Shown here piece by piece: positions 1 to 9,087 of a stretch of 62,938 nucleotides of DNA. The DNA lies in IMG/VR virus record IMGVR_UViG_3300050130_000093, positions 1-62,938 of that record; one strand, written 5' to 3'. Both the position numbers and the translations under genes were made by a program. The notes under the pieces are model-generated. The model saw nothing but the letters and a program-made list of their open reading frames with translations. It had not been told where the DNA came from and searched no databases. How positions within the stretch are numbered: the stretch's first letter is position 1; each line of letters begins with the position of its first letter. The stretch is from a virus. Its lineage: Duplodnaviria; Caudoviricetes.

Positions 1-65
1 ATAGAAAAGTCCCCGCGCCGATGACACGGCCGGGGACACGGCGACACCTAACAAGGAGGTGCAGC

Positions 66-632
66 ATGGCGAAGGGTACCTGCTCGATCGACGGTTGCGC
101 GAAGCCAGCGCGCGGCGGCCATCTTTTGTGTTCTATGCACGCGTGGCGCCTACGAGTCCACGGCGATGCGCTCTACGAGCCCCATCGGTTCACCATCGAG
201 GAGCGGCTCTGGGCGAAGGTCGACAAGAACGGGCCCGTGCCAATTGCTCGTCCCGAGCTCGGCCCGTGCTGGATCTTCGGCGGTCTTTCGGCGATCAACG
301 AAAGCTACGGCCGAATCAGCCGTGGGGGCAAGAACGGAGGGGTGCGTCTTGTTCATCGCCTCGCGTACGAACTTCTCGTTGGGCCGATCCCCGACGACCG
401 CCAGATCGACCACCTATGTCGCGTCCGACGCTGCGTCAACCCGACTCACATGGAGCCGGTCACGCAGCGCGTCAACCTACTTCGTGGTATTGGCGTCGTG
501 GCGATCAACGCGCGCAAGACGCACTGCATCTACGGTCACGCGTTCACGTCCATCAACACGTACATCACCAAGACGGGCGCCCGTCACTGCCGGTCGTGCG
601 GCCGTCGACGCGACAGGCAACGTCGGCGATGA
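66..632 (+). CDS. HNH homing endonuclease with N-terminal CxxxxC motif
   Basis: AGGAGG RBS before ATG 66; motifs GPCWI, VHRLAYE, DHLCRVRRCVNPTH, KTHCIYGH. Confidence 0.9.
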   Translation: MAKGTCSIDGCAKPARGGHLLCSMHAWRLRVHGDALYEPHRFTIEERLWAKVDKNGPVPIARPELGPCWIFGGLSAINESYGRISRGGKNGGVRLVHRLAYELLVGPIPDDRQIDHLCRVRRCVNPTHMEPVTQRVNLLRGIGVVAINARKTHCIYGHAFTSINTYITKTGARHCRSCGRRRDRQRRR

Positions 633-1816
633 CCGACCTACTGGATCACCTTGACCTGCGGCACCTTCCGCCGCTGGAACCCATCGAGCTGCCGCCCAGA
701 CTTTCCCAGACGCTCATCAAGAACTATGAGCGATGCCAACGCAGCGGATACCTGTACGTCAAGCACCACGGCGGCCTTCCGGGTGTTCCCCTTGATCGTG
801 GCTCCGCGATGCATCTAGCGATCGCGGAATGCTTGAAAACGATGCTCGCGCAGAACGAGCCGCGCATCCCGCCCGACGTGGCAAAGACGATCCTCGAGGA
901 AGTCCTCGACCAGCACCCCGAGTGGACGATCCCGCTCGGCGAGCTCGACGCGCTCCGCCAACTGCTGTACCACTGGTCGATGGGATTCACGATCAACCCG
1001 GAGTCGGTCGTCGCAGTCGAGCGCAAGTTCGTGCTCGACCTTGAAGGACGCACGCTCTCCGGGATCCTCGACTACGCCGAGATCAACGGCCAGGTCGCGC
1101 TGATCAGGGACTGGAAGTCCACGTTTGCGCTGCCCGACGAAGCCGAGGCCAAGGCCAGTTTCCAGGGCAAGTTCTACAGCGTGCTGCTCATGTTCGGCAA
1201 CCCCGTCAACGACGACGGCTCGCTCGACCCGTGCCTCGGGGACCGCCTCACGTGGGTCGACGTTAGGGAGGCGTTCCCTCGATACTTGCGTGACGGCGAG
1301 ATCCCCACGCGCCCGACTGAAGGGGGCCTTACCCGCCTGGAGGTTGAGGAGGCGCGTCGCGACATCGCCCGGAAGGTGCGGCAGTTCGCCCAGTCCGCCA
1401 CGACCGGGGAGTGGCCGGCGATGCACGGCTCGCATTGCTCCGAGTGCGCCGCCGAGTCCGAATGCCCGCTGCCCCGGACGCTCCGCAACTTCGCCGGCGC
1501 GATCAACACGCTCGACGAAGCGCAGGAGGCCGCGATGTGGGTGGAGAAATGGCAGCCACGGATCACCGCGACACGCAAAGAGTTGAAGCTGTGGGCGAAG
1601 CAGCACGGGCCGTTCAGGTTCGGTCGTGACCGTGAGATGGCGTTCGTGGCGCAGACCGCGACGACAACAGACTGGGAGCAGCTTGAACGGGCGATCGAGG
1701 ACGCCCGCAGCTACGGCGTACCGTTCAGCGCTGACGACCATCGCAAGCGGCGGGTGAGCACACGGTTCGTCGCACGTACCATCGGACGCCCCGAAGATTC
1801 CGACAAGGAGGAGTGA
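629..1816 (+). CDS. PD-(D/E)XK exonuclease, RecB/Cas4/AddB-like
   Basis: ATGA overlap with the HNH gene; motifs LSQT..YERC, GSAMH, VE, GILD, IRDWKS; C-terminal CSEC..C suggests an Fe-S staple. Confidence 0.85.
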   Translation: MTDLLDHLDLRHLPPLEPIELPPRLSQTLIKNYERCQRSGYLYVKHHGGLPGVPLDRGSAMHLAIAECLKTMLAQNEPRIPPDVAKTILEEVLDQHPEWTIPLGELDALRQLLYHWSMGFTINPESVVAVERKFVLDLEGRTLSGILDYAEINGQVALIRDWKSTFALPDEAEAKASFQGKFYSVLLMFGNPVNDDGSLDPCLGDRLTWVDVREAFPRYLRDGEIPTRPTEGGLTRLEVEEARRDIARKVRQFAQSATTGEWPAMHGSHCSECAAESECPLPRTLRNFAGAINTLDEAQEAAMWVEKWQPRITATRKELKLWAKQHGPFRFGRDREMAFVAQTATTTDWEQLERAIEDARSYGVPFSADDHRKRRVSTRFVARTIGRPEDSDKEE

Positions 1817-2037
1817 TGACGCAACCAAGCAGTTCCCTGCTCGAGCTCTGCATTCGCATCGAGGACGTCCGCAACCGGCTAGATGACCTCCATCTCCACG
1901 GGATGGGGGGGATCAGCGCCGACGTGAGCGAACCGCTCTACGCCGGGATCGTTCAGATTGACCACGCGCTCCGCTGCCTCAAGGGCCACATCGGCGAGGC
2001 GACCTTCAAAGAGCACAGGCACGCCAATGCTTCCTGA
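1813..2037 (+). CDS. hypothetical protein
   Basis: AGGAGGA RBS; coupled to the upstream stop. Confidence 0.6.
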   Translation: MMTQPSSSLLELCIRIEDVRNRLDDLHLHGMGGISADVSEPLYAGIVQIDHALRCLKGHIGEATFKEHRHANAS

Positions 2038-2155
2038 TCAAAGCAACCCAACCGTCTGCGGCAAGTGCGGTGGTGTCGCCGTCATCACGTCCGTCATTCG
2101 GGCGGTCGGTGTGATCGAGTGCTCGACGTGCAAAGGAACCGGAGCGACACCATGA
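2027..2155 (+). CDS. small zinc-finger protein
   Basis: CGKCGG...CSTCKGTG; overlaps both neighbours. Confidence 0.5.
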   Translation: MLPDQSNPTVCGKCGGVAVITSVIRAVGVIECSTCKGTGATP

Positions 2156-2415
2156 GCCGTCACCCACTAGACCGCCGTCGCGGCGACTACGGCTACAACA
2201 TCCGCGCGGTCTGCCGGTGCGGCCACACGGCGTATTGGCACGGCCAGCCTGGAGGCGCCCCGGACGGGTCGGGTGAGTGCGACCACTGCCCGTGTGCTCG
2301 GTTTGCCGAGGCGGCGCAGGGCATCCCGCTCGATGCGTTCGGCCCGGTGGCTGTGCGCGGCCTCGGTGATCAGCAGGACGGTCTAGCGACAGCCGAGACG
2401 GAGGAGTATCGCTAA
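2152..2415 (+). CDS. hypothetical Cys/His-rich protein
   Basis: ATGA coupling; CRCGH...CDHCPC. Confidence 0.55.
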   Translation: MSRHPLDRRRGDYGYNIRAVCRCGHTAYWHGQPGGAPDGSGECDHCPCARFAEAAQGIPLDAFGPVAVRGLGDQQDGLATAETEEYR

Positions 2416-2699
2416 TGGGGCAAAACGAACGTGCAGAACTGGCACCGAAAGCGGCAGAGACGCTGATCACGCTGCCATTGAGAGCCGTGGACTGGCGTGC
2501 CGAGGACGCTATTGAGCGTGACCCGCTGGGCGCGTTGGACGCTCTCGATAGGGCGTGGTTCGAGTACTGGCACGCTGCCGTGGCTGGGCTAATGAACACT
2601 GACGGGAAGCGCCAAGCACTGTGGGCGCTACGCGACGAAATGGGACTGCGACATTTAAGCCGACTGCTCGACCAGGAGAAGGGTCCTGATGGGGTCTAG
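2415..2699 (+). CDS. hypothetical protein
   Basis: GGAGGAG RBS; TAATG coupling. Confidence 0.6.
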   Translation: MGQNERAELAPKAAETLITLPLRAVDWRAEDAIERDPLGALDALDRAWFEYWHAAVAGLMNTDGKRQALWALRDEMGLRHLSRLLDQEKGPDGV

Positions 2700-2886
2700 C
2701 GCGGGCGGAGATTGGCCGCTCACCGAGCACGAGCACACTCTGATCTTGGCTGCGAGCACACAGGTCTGGACGGGCGAGCTTCGCGCTGCCCTTGCGATGG
2801 CGGTGGAGTATCGCGGCTTCAAAGTGAGCCCATACGACTCGCCCGGCGATCTCGCGGACCTCCTTGAGCAGGTGGGGCGGCGATGA
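2689..2886 (+). CDS. hypothetical protein
   Basis: Fits operon packing; stop overlaps the next ATG. Confidence 0.5.
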   Translation: MGSSAGGDWPLTEHEHTLILAASTQVWTGELRAALAMAVEYRGFKVSPYDSPGDLADLLEQVGRR

Positions 2887-3425
2887 CCTACCGGACCATC
2901 GTCGTCGACCCGCCGTGGCGCGTACATCAGCCGCCCGAGTGGAACTACGGCGAGCCTGGCGGCAAGCCAAATCGGCCGGTGCCCTACCCGACGATGACGC
3001 TCGCAGAGATCGCGTGCCTACCCGTCGGCGATATGGCTGCAACCGATTCCCACCTCTACGTGTGGACAATCAACCGCTACATCGAGCAGACCTACAACAT
3101 CGCACGACTGTGGGGATTCAAGCCGTCGACCTTGTTGACGTGGTGCAAGCCACGGAAGGGACTGGGCGTCGGTGGCGCTTACGCGCTTACGACAGAGTTC
3201 ATCCTGTTCAGCCGGCGCGGAAAGGGCGCATTTGAGCGCCGCTGGGACACGTCCTGGTTCGAGTGGCCGCGCGGTGCCCACAGCGCGAAACCCGAGGCAT
3301 TCCTAGACATCGTGGAGCAGGTTTCGCCCGGCCCCTATGTCGAGTTGTTCGCTCGGCGTGCGCGGTTCGGCTGGGACTACTGGGGCGACGAGAGCCTAGG
3401 CACGGCCGAATTGGGGGTCGCATGA
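2883..3425 (+). CDS. MT-A70 family N6-adenine DNA methyltransferase
   Basis: TIVVDPPW catalytic motif; YPTM, LYVWT, WGF, TEFIL, HSAKP, ELFAR. Confidence 0.92.
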   Translation: MTYRTIVVDPPWRVHQPPEWNYGEPGGKPNRPVPYPTMTLAEIACLPVGDMAATDSHLYVWTINRYIEQTYNIARLWGFKPSTLLTWCKPRKGLGVGGAYALTTEFILFSRRGKGAFERRWDTSWFEWPRGAHSAKPEAFLDIVEQVSPGPYVELFARRARFGWDYWGDESLGTAELGVA

Positions 3426-3465
3426 CACTGCCGCTATCGGGTGTTCCTGGCAGTCCCGACATCCG

Positions 3466-3849
3466 ATGACGATGGAACGTAAGCCGCTGCGTCGGCGGTC
3501 GATCGACGGCCCCAGAACTCCGCACATCCAGTTTCGCGCCAAGACACCGGCCAAGATGTTCCGCTGCTACTGCGGGTGCGGCCGGCGAGCCTCTACATTC
3601 CACCATTGGATACCGGTCCGCAAGCTCCGCGAACACGTCCGGGCAATGCGCCTTCCGCTCGACGACGCGCGCAAGGAGCTCTCCCGGCTGGTCCACGATG
3701 AGCGTGGCATGAGTCCGTACGCGCTCACCTGTCACCTTGCGCGGGAGAACCACCATCCACCGTTTCAGCGCATCGAGATCCCCGACGAGACGTGGAACTT
3801 CGCAGAGGAACTCGGGCTGGTCTGGCTGCTCCAGCGTCTCTACCCCTAG
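3466..3849 (+). CDS. hypothetical protein, possible degenerate HNH/Zn-binding
   Basis: CYCGC...HH...CH..H pattern. Confidence 0.5.
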   Translation: MTMERKPLRRRSIDGPRTPHIQFRAKTPAKMFRCYCGCGRRASTFHHWIPVRKLREHVRAMRLPLDDARKELSRLVHDERGMSPYALTCHLARENHHPPFQRIEIPDETWNFAEELGLVWLLQRLYP

Positions 3850-3895
3850 TTTTCCGAAAGAGTCCGTCCGGGCAGCGTGGGAAGTTTCCGCGTAT

Positions 3896-4348
3896 ATGAC
3901 CGGCTGGACGAACCCGAGATACCGTCGCGAGCAGACCGTCTCGCCGATCCAGTCAGCAACCGGCGGCGGCGCAAGCCCATACCGGCTCGGCTACGCCTTC
4001 GAGATCTCGTGCAAGGGCATCCTCGAACGTCGCGACTGGCTCGTCATCCGCTCGCCCGCGTCGAAGAGCAAGGTCGACCTGTTCGCGATCCACGCGCTCT
4101 ACCGGCCGATGCTGGTGCAGGCCAAGCGCACCGGGATGATCGGCTCCGCCGAGTGGAACGAACTGTGGGAGATCGCCGAACGACACAACTGCCTGGCGGT
4201 CATCACCTACCGGGAAACGCCGAAGACGATCGCGTGGATGCGTTTGGACGGTCCGCGCGAGCCACGCCGCCCCGGACGACCTTGGACCCGCATAGACCCC
4301 CGCGACTGCCAGCCCGTCGCGGTCCAGACAGAGCTGCTTGCGGCATGA
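3896..4348 (+). CDS. Holliday junction resolvase, Hjc-like PD-(D/E)XK
   Basis: GYAFE...VIRSPAS..VDLFAI...LVQAK. Confidence 0.75.
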   Translation: MTGWTNPRYRREQTVSPIQSATGGGASPYRLGYAFEISCKGILERRDWLVIRSPASKSKVDLFAIHALYRPMLVQAKRTGMIGSAEWNELWEIAERHNCLAVITYRETPKTIAWMRLDGPREPRRPGRPWTRIDPRDCQPVAVQTELLAA

Positions 4349-4506
4349 GCACCTGCCGACACCGACGCTGCCGCTACCAAAACGGGCTGTACCAAGGCTA
4401 CTGCGGGAAGCACTGGATCATCCGCGAGTTTCCCGGCCTGCGCGCCGGTTTGCGCACCCGCATTGCGCTGTGGATCGCCCCATGGCTCGAACGGTTGGCA
4501 CCATGA
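4345..4506 (+). CDS. hypothetical protein
   Basis: ATGA coupling at both ends. Confidence 0.45.
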   Translation: MSTCRHRRCRYQNGLYQGYCGKHWIIREFPGLRAGLRTRIALWIAPWLERLAP

Positions 4507-4697
4507 TCGACGACACGTTCACGATCACCGTCGAACACGAACTCGCCGCCGGAGGCCTACCACAACGCGCTCACCACCAGGCACACAGCCCCGGCGGACT
4601 CGTCGCGATCATCGCTGCGGTCATCGAACAGCCCGGCTTCCGCAGCCTCACCGTCGATGTCGAAGCCGACGAGCAGGAACTGGCGATCGCCGCGTGA
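4503..4697 (+). CDS. hypothetical protein
   Basis: Coupled overlaps with both neighbours. Confidence 0.5.
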   Translation: MIDDTFTITVEHELAAGGLPQRAHHQAHSPGGLVAIIAAVIEQPGFRSLTVDVEADEQELAIAA

Positions 4698-5638
4698 TGT
4701 TCACCGAAGCCGAGACGGCCACCAAGATTCGACAGCTCGCCGAAGCGAACGGCACCACGCACCCGGTCACTGTTCGTCACGTCGATCCGGCGACGCTTCG
4801 ACCGGCGACGGACACGCAAGCAGGGATCCCTGCGTCAGTGAGCCCAACCAAGCCGCTCTCGGCTGGGACCTTCTCGCCGATTCATACACGGACACCCGAG
4901 CACAAGCAGGCTGTCGCCAACCGCGAGAAGATCGTCACCTACCTCGACAGCCGCCAAGGCGAAGGCGTCCGGCTCGGCGAGATCGTCGAAGCGACCGGCG
5001 TCAACACGCACGCCTCCAAGGCCGTGCTTGCGGACCTCCACGAGAGCGGCCTGATCCGCCGCTACGGTGAACGCGCCGGCACACGCTACAGCCGCCCGCA
5101 CGCCGGCGCTGACCCCGATGTCCGGATCCGCGAACCGACCAGGAGCCGGCCGACCGCAACGATCGAGACCGACGAACGCACGCTCAAGCTCATCGTCGGC
5201 CAGCCTGGCATCCGTCACACCGCCATCATGGACGCCACCGACTGGAACAAGTCCACCGTCAGCCACGCGTGCGAGCGGCTACTCGCCGCCGGGAAGGTCC
5301 AGCGCGTCGAGGGCTGCTACTACCCGGCCGGCTACGAGGTCCCGACGGTCGTGCCCGCGCGCGTGAACCGGCCCAAGGAACGGATCGTTGCTTCGTCGCC
5401 TGTCGGGTCCCCCCAGTGGATGCGCGAACAGCTTGCCGCCGTCGCCCCAAGTCCGCCGACACCCAAGGAAGCGCCGCCATCCCCATCGGGCGTGTTGGAG
5501 ATGTTCGAGCGGCTCATCGTCAGCGAAAGGCGGCTCGCACGCGCGCTCGAGACGCTTCGGTGGGTCTCACTTGCCGCCGCCTTCCCCGACCTTGACGCCG
5601 ACGCGATCTACGACCTCATCGACGACGTGCTCACATGA
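4697..5638 (+). CDS. DNA-binding protein with two winged-helix domains
   Basis: LGEIVEATGV..VLADLHESGLIRRYG and HTAIMDATDWNKSTVSHACERLLAAGKV. Confidence 0.65.
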   Translation: MFTEAETATKIRQLAEANGTTHPVTVRHVDPATLRPATDTQAGIPASVSPTKPLSAGTFSPIHTRTPEHKQAVANREKIVTYLDSRQGEGVRLGEIVEATGVNTHASKAVLADLHESGLIRRYGERAGTRYSRPHAGADPDVRIREPTRSRPTATIETDERTLKLIVGQPGIRHTAIMDATDWNKSTVSHACERLLAAGKVQRVEGCYYPAGYEVPTVVPARVNRPKERIVASSPVGSPQWMREQLAAVAPSPPTPKEAPPSPSGVLEMFERLIVSERRLARALETLRWVSLAAAFPDLDADAIYDLIDDVLT

Positions 5639-5874
5639 GCCCGCTTGACGACGAGGCGTTCGACAAGCTCATGCGCACCAACCACGAGCCGCGCCCCGAA
5701 CCCGAGATCGACACACCGCCCATCCCGCACACCGCGATGATGGACACGGCCCTCGAACGACTCGAAGCACGCGGCGCCCAGGTCGTCGGCGTCAGCTACG
5801 GACTGCCGATCGTCCGCTTCCCGTCCGGCAGGCGCATGACTCTCACGACGCTCGGCGCGCTGATCCCGCTTTGA
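5635..5874 (+). CDS. hypothetical protein
   Basis: ATGA coupling. Confidence 0.55.
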   Translation: MSPLDDEAFDKLMRTNHEPRPEPEIDTPPIPHTAMMDTALERLEARGAQVVGVSYGLPIVRFPSGRRMTLTTLGALIPL

Positions 5875-6197
5875 GCCACATGGGACGTTCCGCGCCGTTC
5901 TCTGCCACGCCACAGCCCCAGGACGCCCCAGCGCCCGCCACACAGCTCGTAGGGCTCCTACGCGCCGCACGCGCGGCCGGAGCACCATTCGGCCAGGCAT
6001 GGCGTCAAGCGCTGCCGCAGCTCACTTGGCATCACTATCCGACGACCGCCGCGCAGGAGAAGCGAGCGATTGTCTGGGCCAAGCCGTTCTTCGAGCACGC
6101 CTACTGCTATCCAGAGGCGCGTCCGAAGTGGCTACAAGCGATCCTGTCGGCTACGCAGACGAGCGACGCCGATGATCAGACGTCGTTCGCCGCTTAA
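5871..6197 (+). CDS. hypothetical protein
   Basis: Last ORF before the hairpin. Confidence 0.5.
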   Translation: MSHMGRSAPFSATPQPQDAPAPATQLVGLLRAARAAGAPFGQAWRQALPQLTWHHYPTTAAQEKRAIVWAKPFFEHAYCYPEARPKWLQAILSATQTSDADDQTSFAA

Positions 6198-6203
6198 CGA
6201 CTA

Positions 6204-6230
6204 ATCCCCCAGCCACTAGGACTGGGGGAT
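6204..6230. terminator. hairpin between convergent transcription units
   Basis: ATCCCCCAG...CTGGGGGAT 9-bp stem. Confidence 0.55.
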
Positions 6231-6297
6231 CGGTCTGGATGTCACCTCGGGCGCCCATGGAGCTGGGCTATGTGCCGGTCAGGCTATCACGAATGCG

Positions 6298-6621
6298 TCA
6301 GCCGGCGATGACGAGACCACCCGACGCGGCGGGACCAGCGATGATCGTGACCGCGACCGCTGCCGGATCCGCGATCGGCGTGCTCGTCAGCGTGTCGGTC
6401 CCCAGCCCGGTCACCGAGATGTTGGCAGTGCCGAGCGCTACCGGGGTTACCGTCGCGACGAGGGGATCCGTCCCGGCACTGACCGTCGCTACCGTCGGGG
6501 TGTCTGAACTGAACACCGTTGCCGCGTCCGTGGGTGCCGTTGCCGGGTCGCCCTTGTCATCCGTGTAGGCAAGCGTTGCGGTGCCGTCCGTTGCGTCGAT
6601 GCTGAGGGTTGCTCCTGCCAT
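6298..6621 (-). CDS. Ig-like (Big) domain protein; an in-frame upstream start at 6783 is possible
   Basis: AAGGAG RBS; motif FSSDTPTVATV...VTPVALGTANISV. Confidence 0.65.
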   Translation of the reverse strand: MAGATLSIDATDGTATLAYTDDKGDPATAPTDAATVFSSDTPTVATVSAGTDPLVATVTPVALGTANISVTGLGTDTLTSTPIADPAAVAVTIIAGPAASGGLVIAG

Positions 6622-6797
6622 GTCTGCTCCTTCGATTGTGAGGGTTGCGTGTGCTGCCGGTCCGGACTCAAGGCCAGCGACCTCAAGCTCGAGGGTGCGC
6701 ACCCGGCGCGTGAGATGCCAGAGCGCGCGGCGCAGCGAGCGGATCTGCCGCCCACAGTCGTCGTCGTGACGTTCTTCGGTCATAGGTTCACACTACC

Positions 6798-7886
6798 TCA
6801 TCCGATCGGCGCCGACCAAGGCCAGTCCTGGGCTGTTAGGTGTGCCTGGACCTCCGACACATACGAGGCGTGTGCCGACGGCGACCCCGGCTCGAACCAG
6901 TCGCCGACACTGTCCCACGCATCACCCGCCGGCTGTGTCCCAACGAGCCAGTCTGACGGGCCGCCGTCATAGTAGTAGCGCAGGTAGCTCGCATACAGGT
7001 CGAGCGCGAACGCTGAGGACTCGATCCGCACATACGGGGCGCCCTGGCCGGGCAGGTTCGTGACGCCGGCCTCCCACTTGATCTGCGCAAGACTCATGCT
7101 CGTGTAGACCTGATCGCCCGTCGTCTGCTCCGCCGCCGGGTACTGCGCATACAAGGCCGGGCTGACCGACAACTCGTCACCGAGCTGGGACTGCCGCCAG
7201 TCGGACTCCTGCCGGATCTGCGCCCTGATCCAACTCGTCGGGATGCCCCACTTGTGCGACGCCCACTGAATCAGATCATCCGTCGACGGATTCGAGATCC
7301 CGTCGAGACCGTCGACGTACTGCGTCAACGGATTGAACTGCGTAGCCGAATGGAACGCCGCAAGCTCCGAAGCGGTCGGGACGTAGTCGTTCGCGGCCGT
7401 GTTCGCCGGCACAGCTTCAGTCGTCAACGTCACCTGCAGTGCGGCCTGCTGGTCGCTCATCGCGGGCTTGTATGTGCCCGGGTTGATCCACGACGTCACG
7501 TCGGTCGGCTGCGTTGGCGACAGGCCGCCGGACGACGTCGACGAGGTCGCGGTCGTTGACGTGGCCGTCGTCGACGTGGAGCTCGACGTTGTTGTCGGGC
7601 TAGTCGTCGTCGAACTCGACGTGCTCGGAGGCGGCGCCGGCGTGTAGGTCGGCGTCAGAACCGCGGTCACCTGACCAGACGGCGTATCCCACGTCACGGC
7701 TTTCGCTTGCGGGATGTGACCCGACGACCGATAGCCATTCGACGATGCGGTTATCACCACCTTCAGGGTGGACCCGTCCCCCAGCGTGTAGACGTAGCTG
7801 TGGGATGGCAGTCCTGCAGCCAATGCCCACGCCCCGAACACAGCGAGCGCTGCGGTTGCGACGAATGCGATAACAAAGCTCTTCAC
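6798..7886 (-). CDS. secreted lysozyme-like/lytic transglycosylase
   Basis: Signal peptide, Ser/Thr linker, WASHKWGI..IRAQIRQESDW...SMSLAQI. Confidence 0.7.
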   Translation of the reverse strand: MKSFVIAFVATAALAVFGAWALAAGLPSHSYVYTLGDGSTLKVVITASSNGYRSSGHIPQAKAVTWDTPSGQVTAVLTPTYTPAPPPSTSSSTTTSPTTTSSSTSTTATSTTATSSTSSGGLSPTQPTDVTSWINPGTYKPAMSDQQAALQVTLTTEAVPANTAANDYVPTASELAAFHSATQFNPLTQYVDGLDGISNPSTDDLIQWASHKWGIPTSWIRAQIRQESDWRQSQLGDELSVSPALYAQYPAAEQTTGDQVYTSMSLAQIKWEAGVTNLPGQGAPYVRIESSAFALDLYASYLRYYYDGGPSDWLVGTQPAGDAWDSVGDWFEPGSPSAHASYVSEVQAHLTAQDWPWSAPIG

Positions 7887-7897
7887 GGTTCCTCCTC

Positions 7898-8380
7898 TTA
7901 GGGTCCGCCACAGGCGGGTATCGAGTTCGGCCAGGCCCCCGGATCACGGGCCGACCAGTAATTGAAAGCCCGCACTTGAAGCGTCGGCGCCGCGGCAGCC
8001 GGGTCAGACGGACCCGAGACGCCCATCATCGCAAGCACACTCGCCCACGTCGAGGGCACCCACTGGAACGCCCCGTAGAACCCGTTGCCGGTGTCCTCCG
8101 TCCAAGTGTTGCCCGACTCGTGAAAGCCGACGCACTGATCGAACGGCGTGTAGCCTGGTATACCAGCGGCGGCCGTGTGCGCCTGCGGTTCATGCCTACG
8201 CCAGATCCGGCACGCATGACCGTCCGTCGGATGCCGCCTACACAACCGGCGGTTCAGAGCAATCGTGCAAGCCCGGTCCGGGCCACAGCGTCGAACGGCG
8301 GCATGGTGCGAATGAGCATCGCTGCGCGGGCCAGCCAACAAGCCCAACGTGAGCGCGACGAGTGTGAATGTGAGGCGTAT
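7898..8380 (-). CDS. secreted resuscitation-promoting-factor (Rpf)-like transglycosylase
   Basis: C..HESGNTW..DTGNGFYGAFQW..STW...Q...GAWP...C matches the Rpf domain consensus; the signal peptide begins at ATA 8380. Confidence 0.85.
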   Translation of the reverse strand: MRLTFTLVALTLGLLAGPRSDAHSHHAAVRRCGPDRACTIALNRRLCRRHPTDGHACRIWRRHEPQAHTAAAGIPGYTPFDQCVGFHESGNTWTEDTGNGFYGAFQWVPSTWASVLAMMGVSGPSDPAAAAPTLQVRAFNYWSARDPGAWPNSIPACGGP

Positions 8381-8478
8381 CCCATTAGACCTCCAACTCG
8401 ATTTGGTCGCCCTCTAGCGACCCGTACGATGCTGCGATCGTCTAGCCGTGACCGACGGCTGCACCGGAAGCGTAGCGC

Positions 8479-8516
8479 AAAAAACCGCGGCCACCCATGT
8501 TTCAGGATGGCCGCGG
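8479..8516 (-). terminator. intrinsic terminator after the lysis genes
   Basis: CCGCGGCCA...TGGCCGCGG stem followed by TTTTTT on the minus strand. Confidence 0.8.
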
Positions 8517-8550
8517 CTGAGAGGAGGAGAGTCCTCGGGAGGAAGTGTAG

Positions 8551-9087
8551 CTACGCCGGGACGGTCACCGGCGCCGGCTGTGCGGCCATCAACTGGTCGC
8601 TCGCCTCATTCGCCCACGCATAGGCGACACGGACGTTGAACGCAGCGATGATCATGTCCCGCCACGCCGGGCTGTTGAACTGCATCGCCGTGTTGACCTG
8701 CTGCCACGCCGACTCGCTCCAGTTCGTCGAACCCTCCCAGCACGCGCCCGAGCGCCCGACATAGGCCTTGGTGTGAGCAATATACGCTGGCCCCGCCGGC
8801 GACGAGCCGACCGTGACCTCGACCCCGCCAGCGACGAGCTCCTTGACAATCGTGACCTGCTCCGCATCGTCCTTCATGCACGACTCGTCGACATACATGT
8901 GCGTCGGGAAGCCGGCCTTGCTCGCGTCGAGGATCGGCTGCACCAGCTCGCGCATCGTGAACGCATAGGCGAGCAGCCACGTCTCCTCCGGGTTGACGGC
9001 CCAGTGGTTGATCGCGGCCTGCTTCGCCGCAACCGCATCCTCCGGCAGCTCCCACGCGATAACGGTCAGGCCCTCGATCGTGATCAT
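8551..9087 (-). CDS. phospholipase D/nuclease superfamily protein (single HxK motif)
   Basis: LLAYAFT, AHTKAYV, GSTNWS. Confidence 0.8.
   Translation of the reverse strand: MITIEGLTVIAWELPEDAVAAKQAAINHWAVNPEETWLLAYAFTMRELVQPILDASKAGFPTHMYVDESCMKDDAEQVTIVKELVAGGVEVTVGSSPAGPAYIAHTKAYVGRSGACWEGSTNWSESAWQQVNTAMQFNSPAWRDMIIAAFNVRVAYAWANEASDQLMAAQPAPVTVPA

Noticed and set aside
629-1816. Cas4-like nuclease as part of the Cas7 system
   Set aside because: It is about 50 kb away in a recombination module; such nucleases are common in phages.
8395-8550. c-di-AMP riboswitch upstream of rpf
   Set aside because: I could not identify the conserved motifs; the visible hairpin is explained as a terminator.
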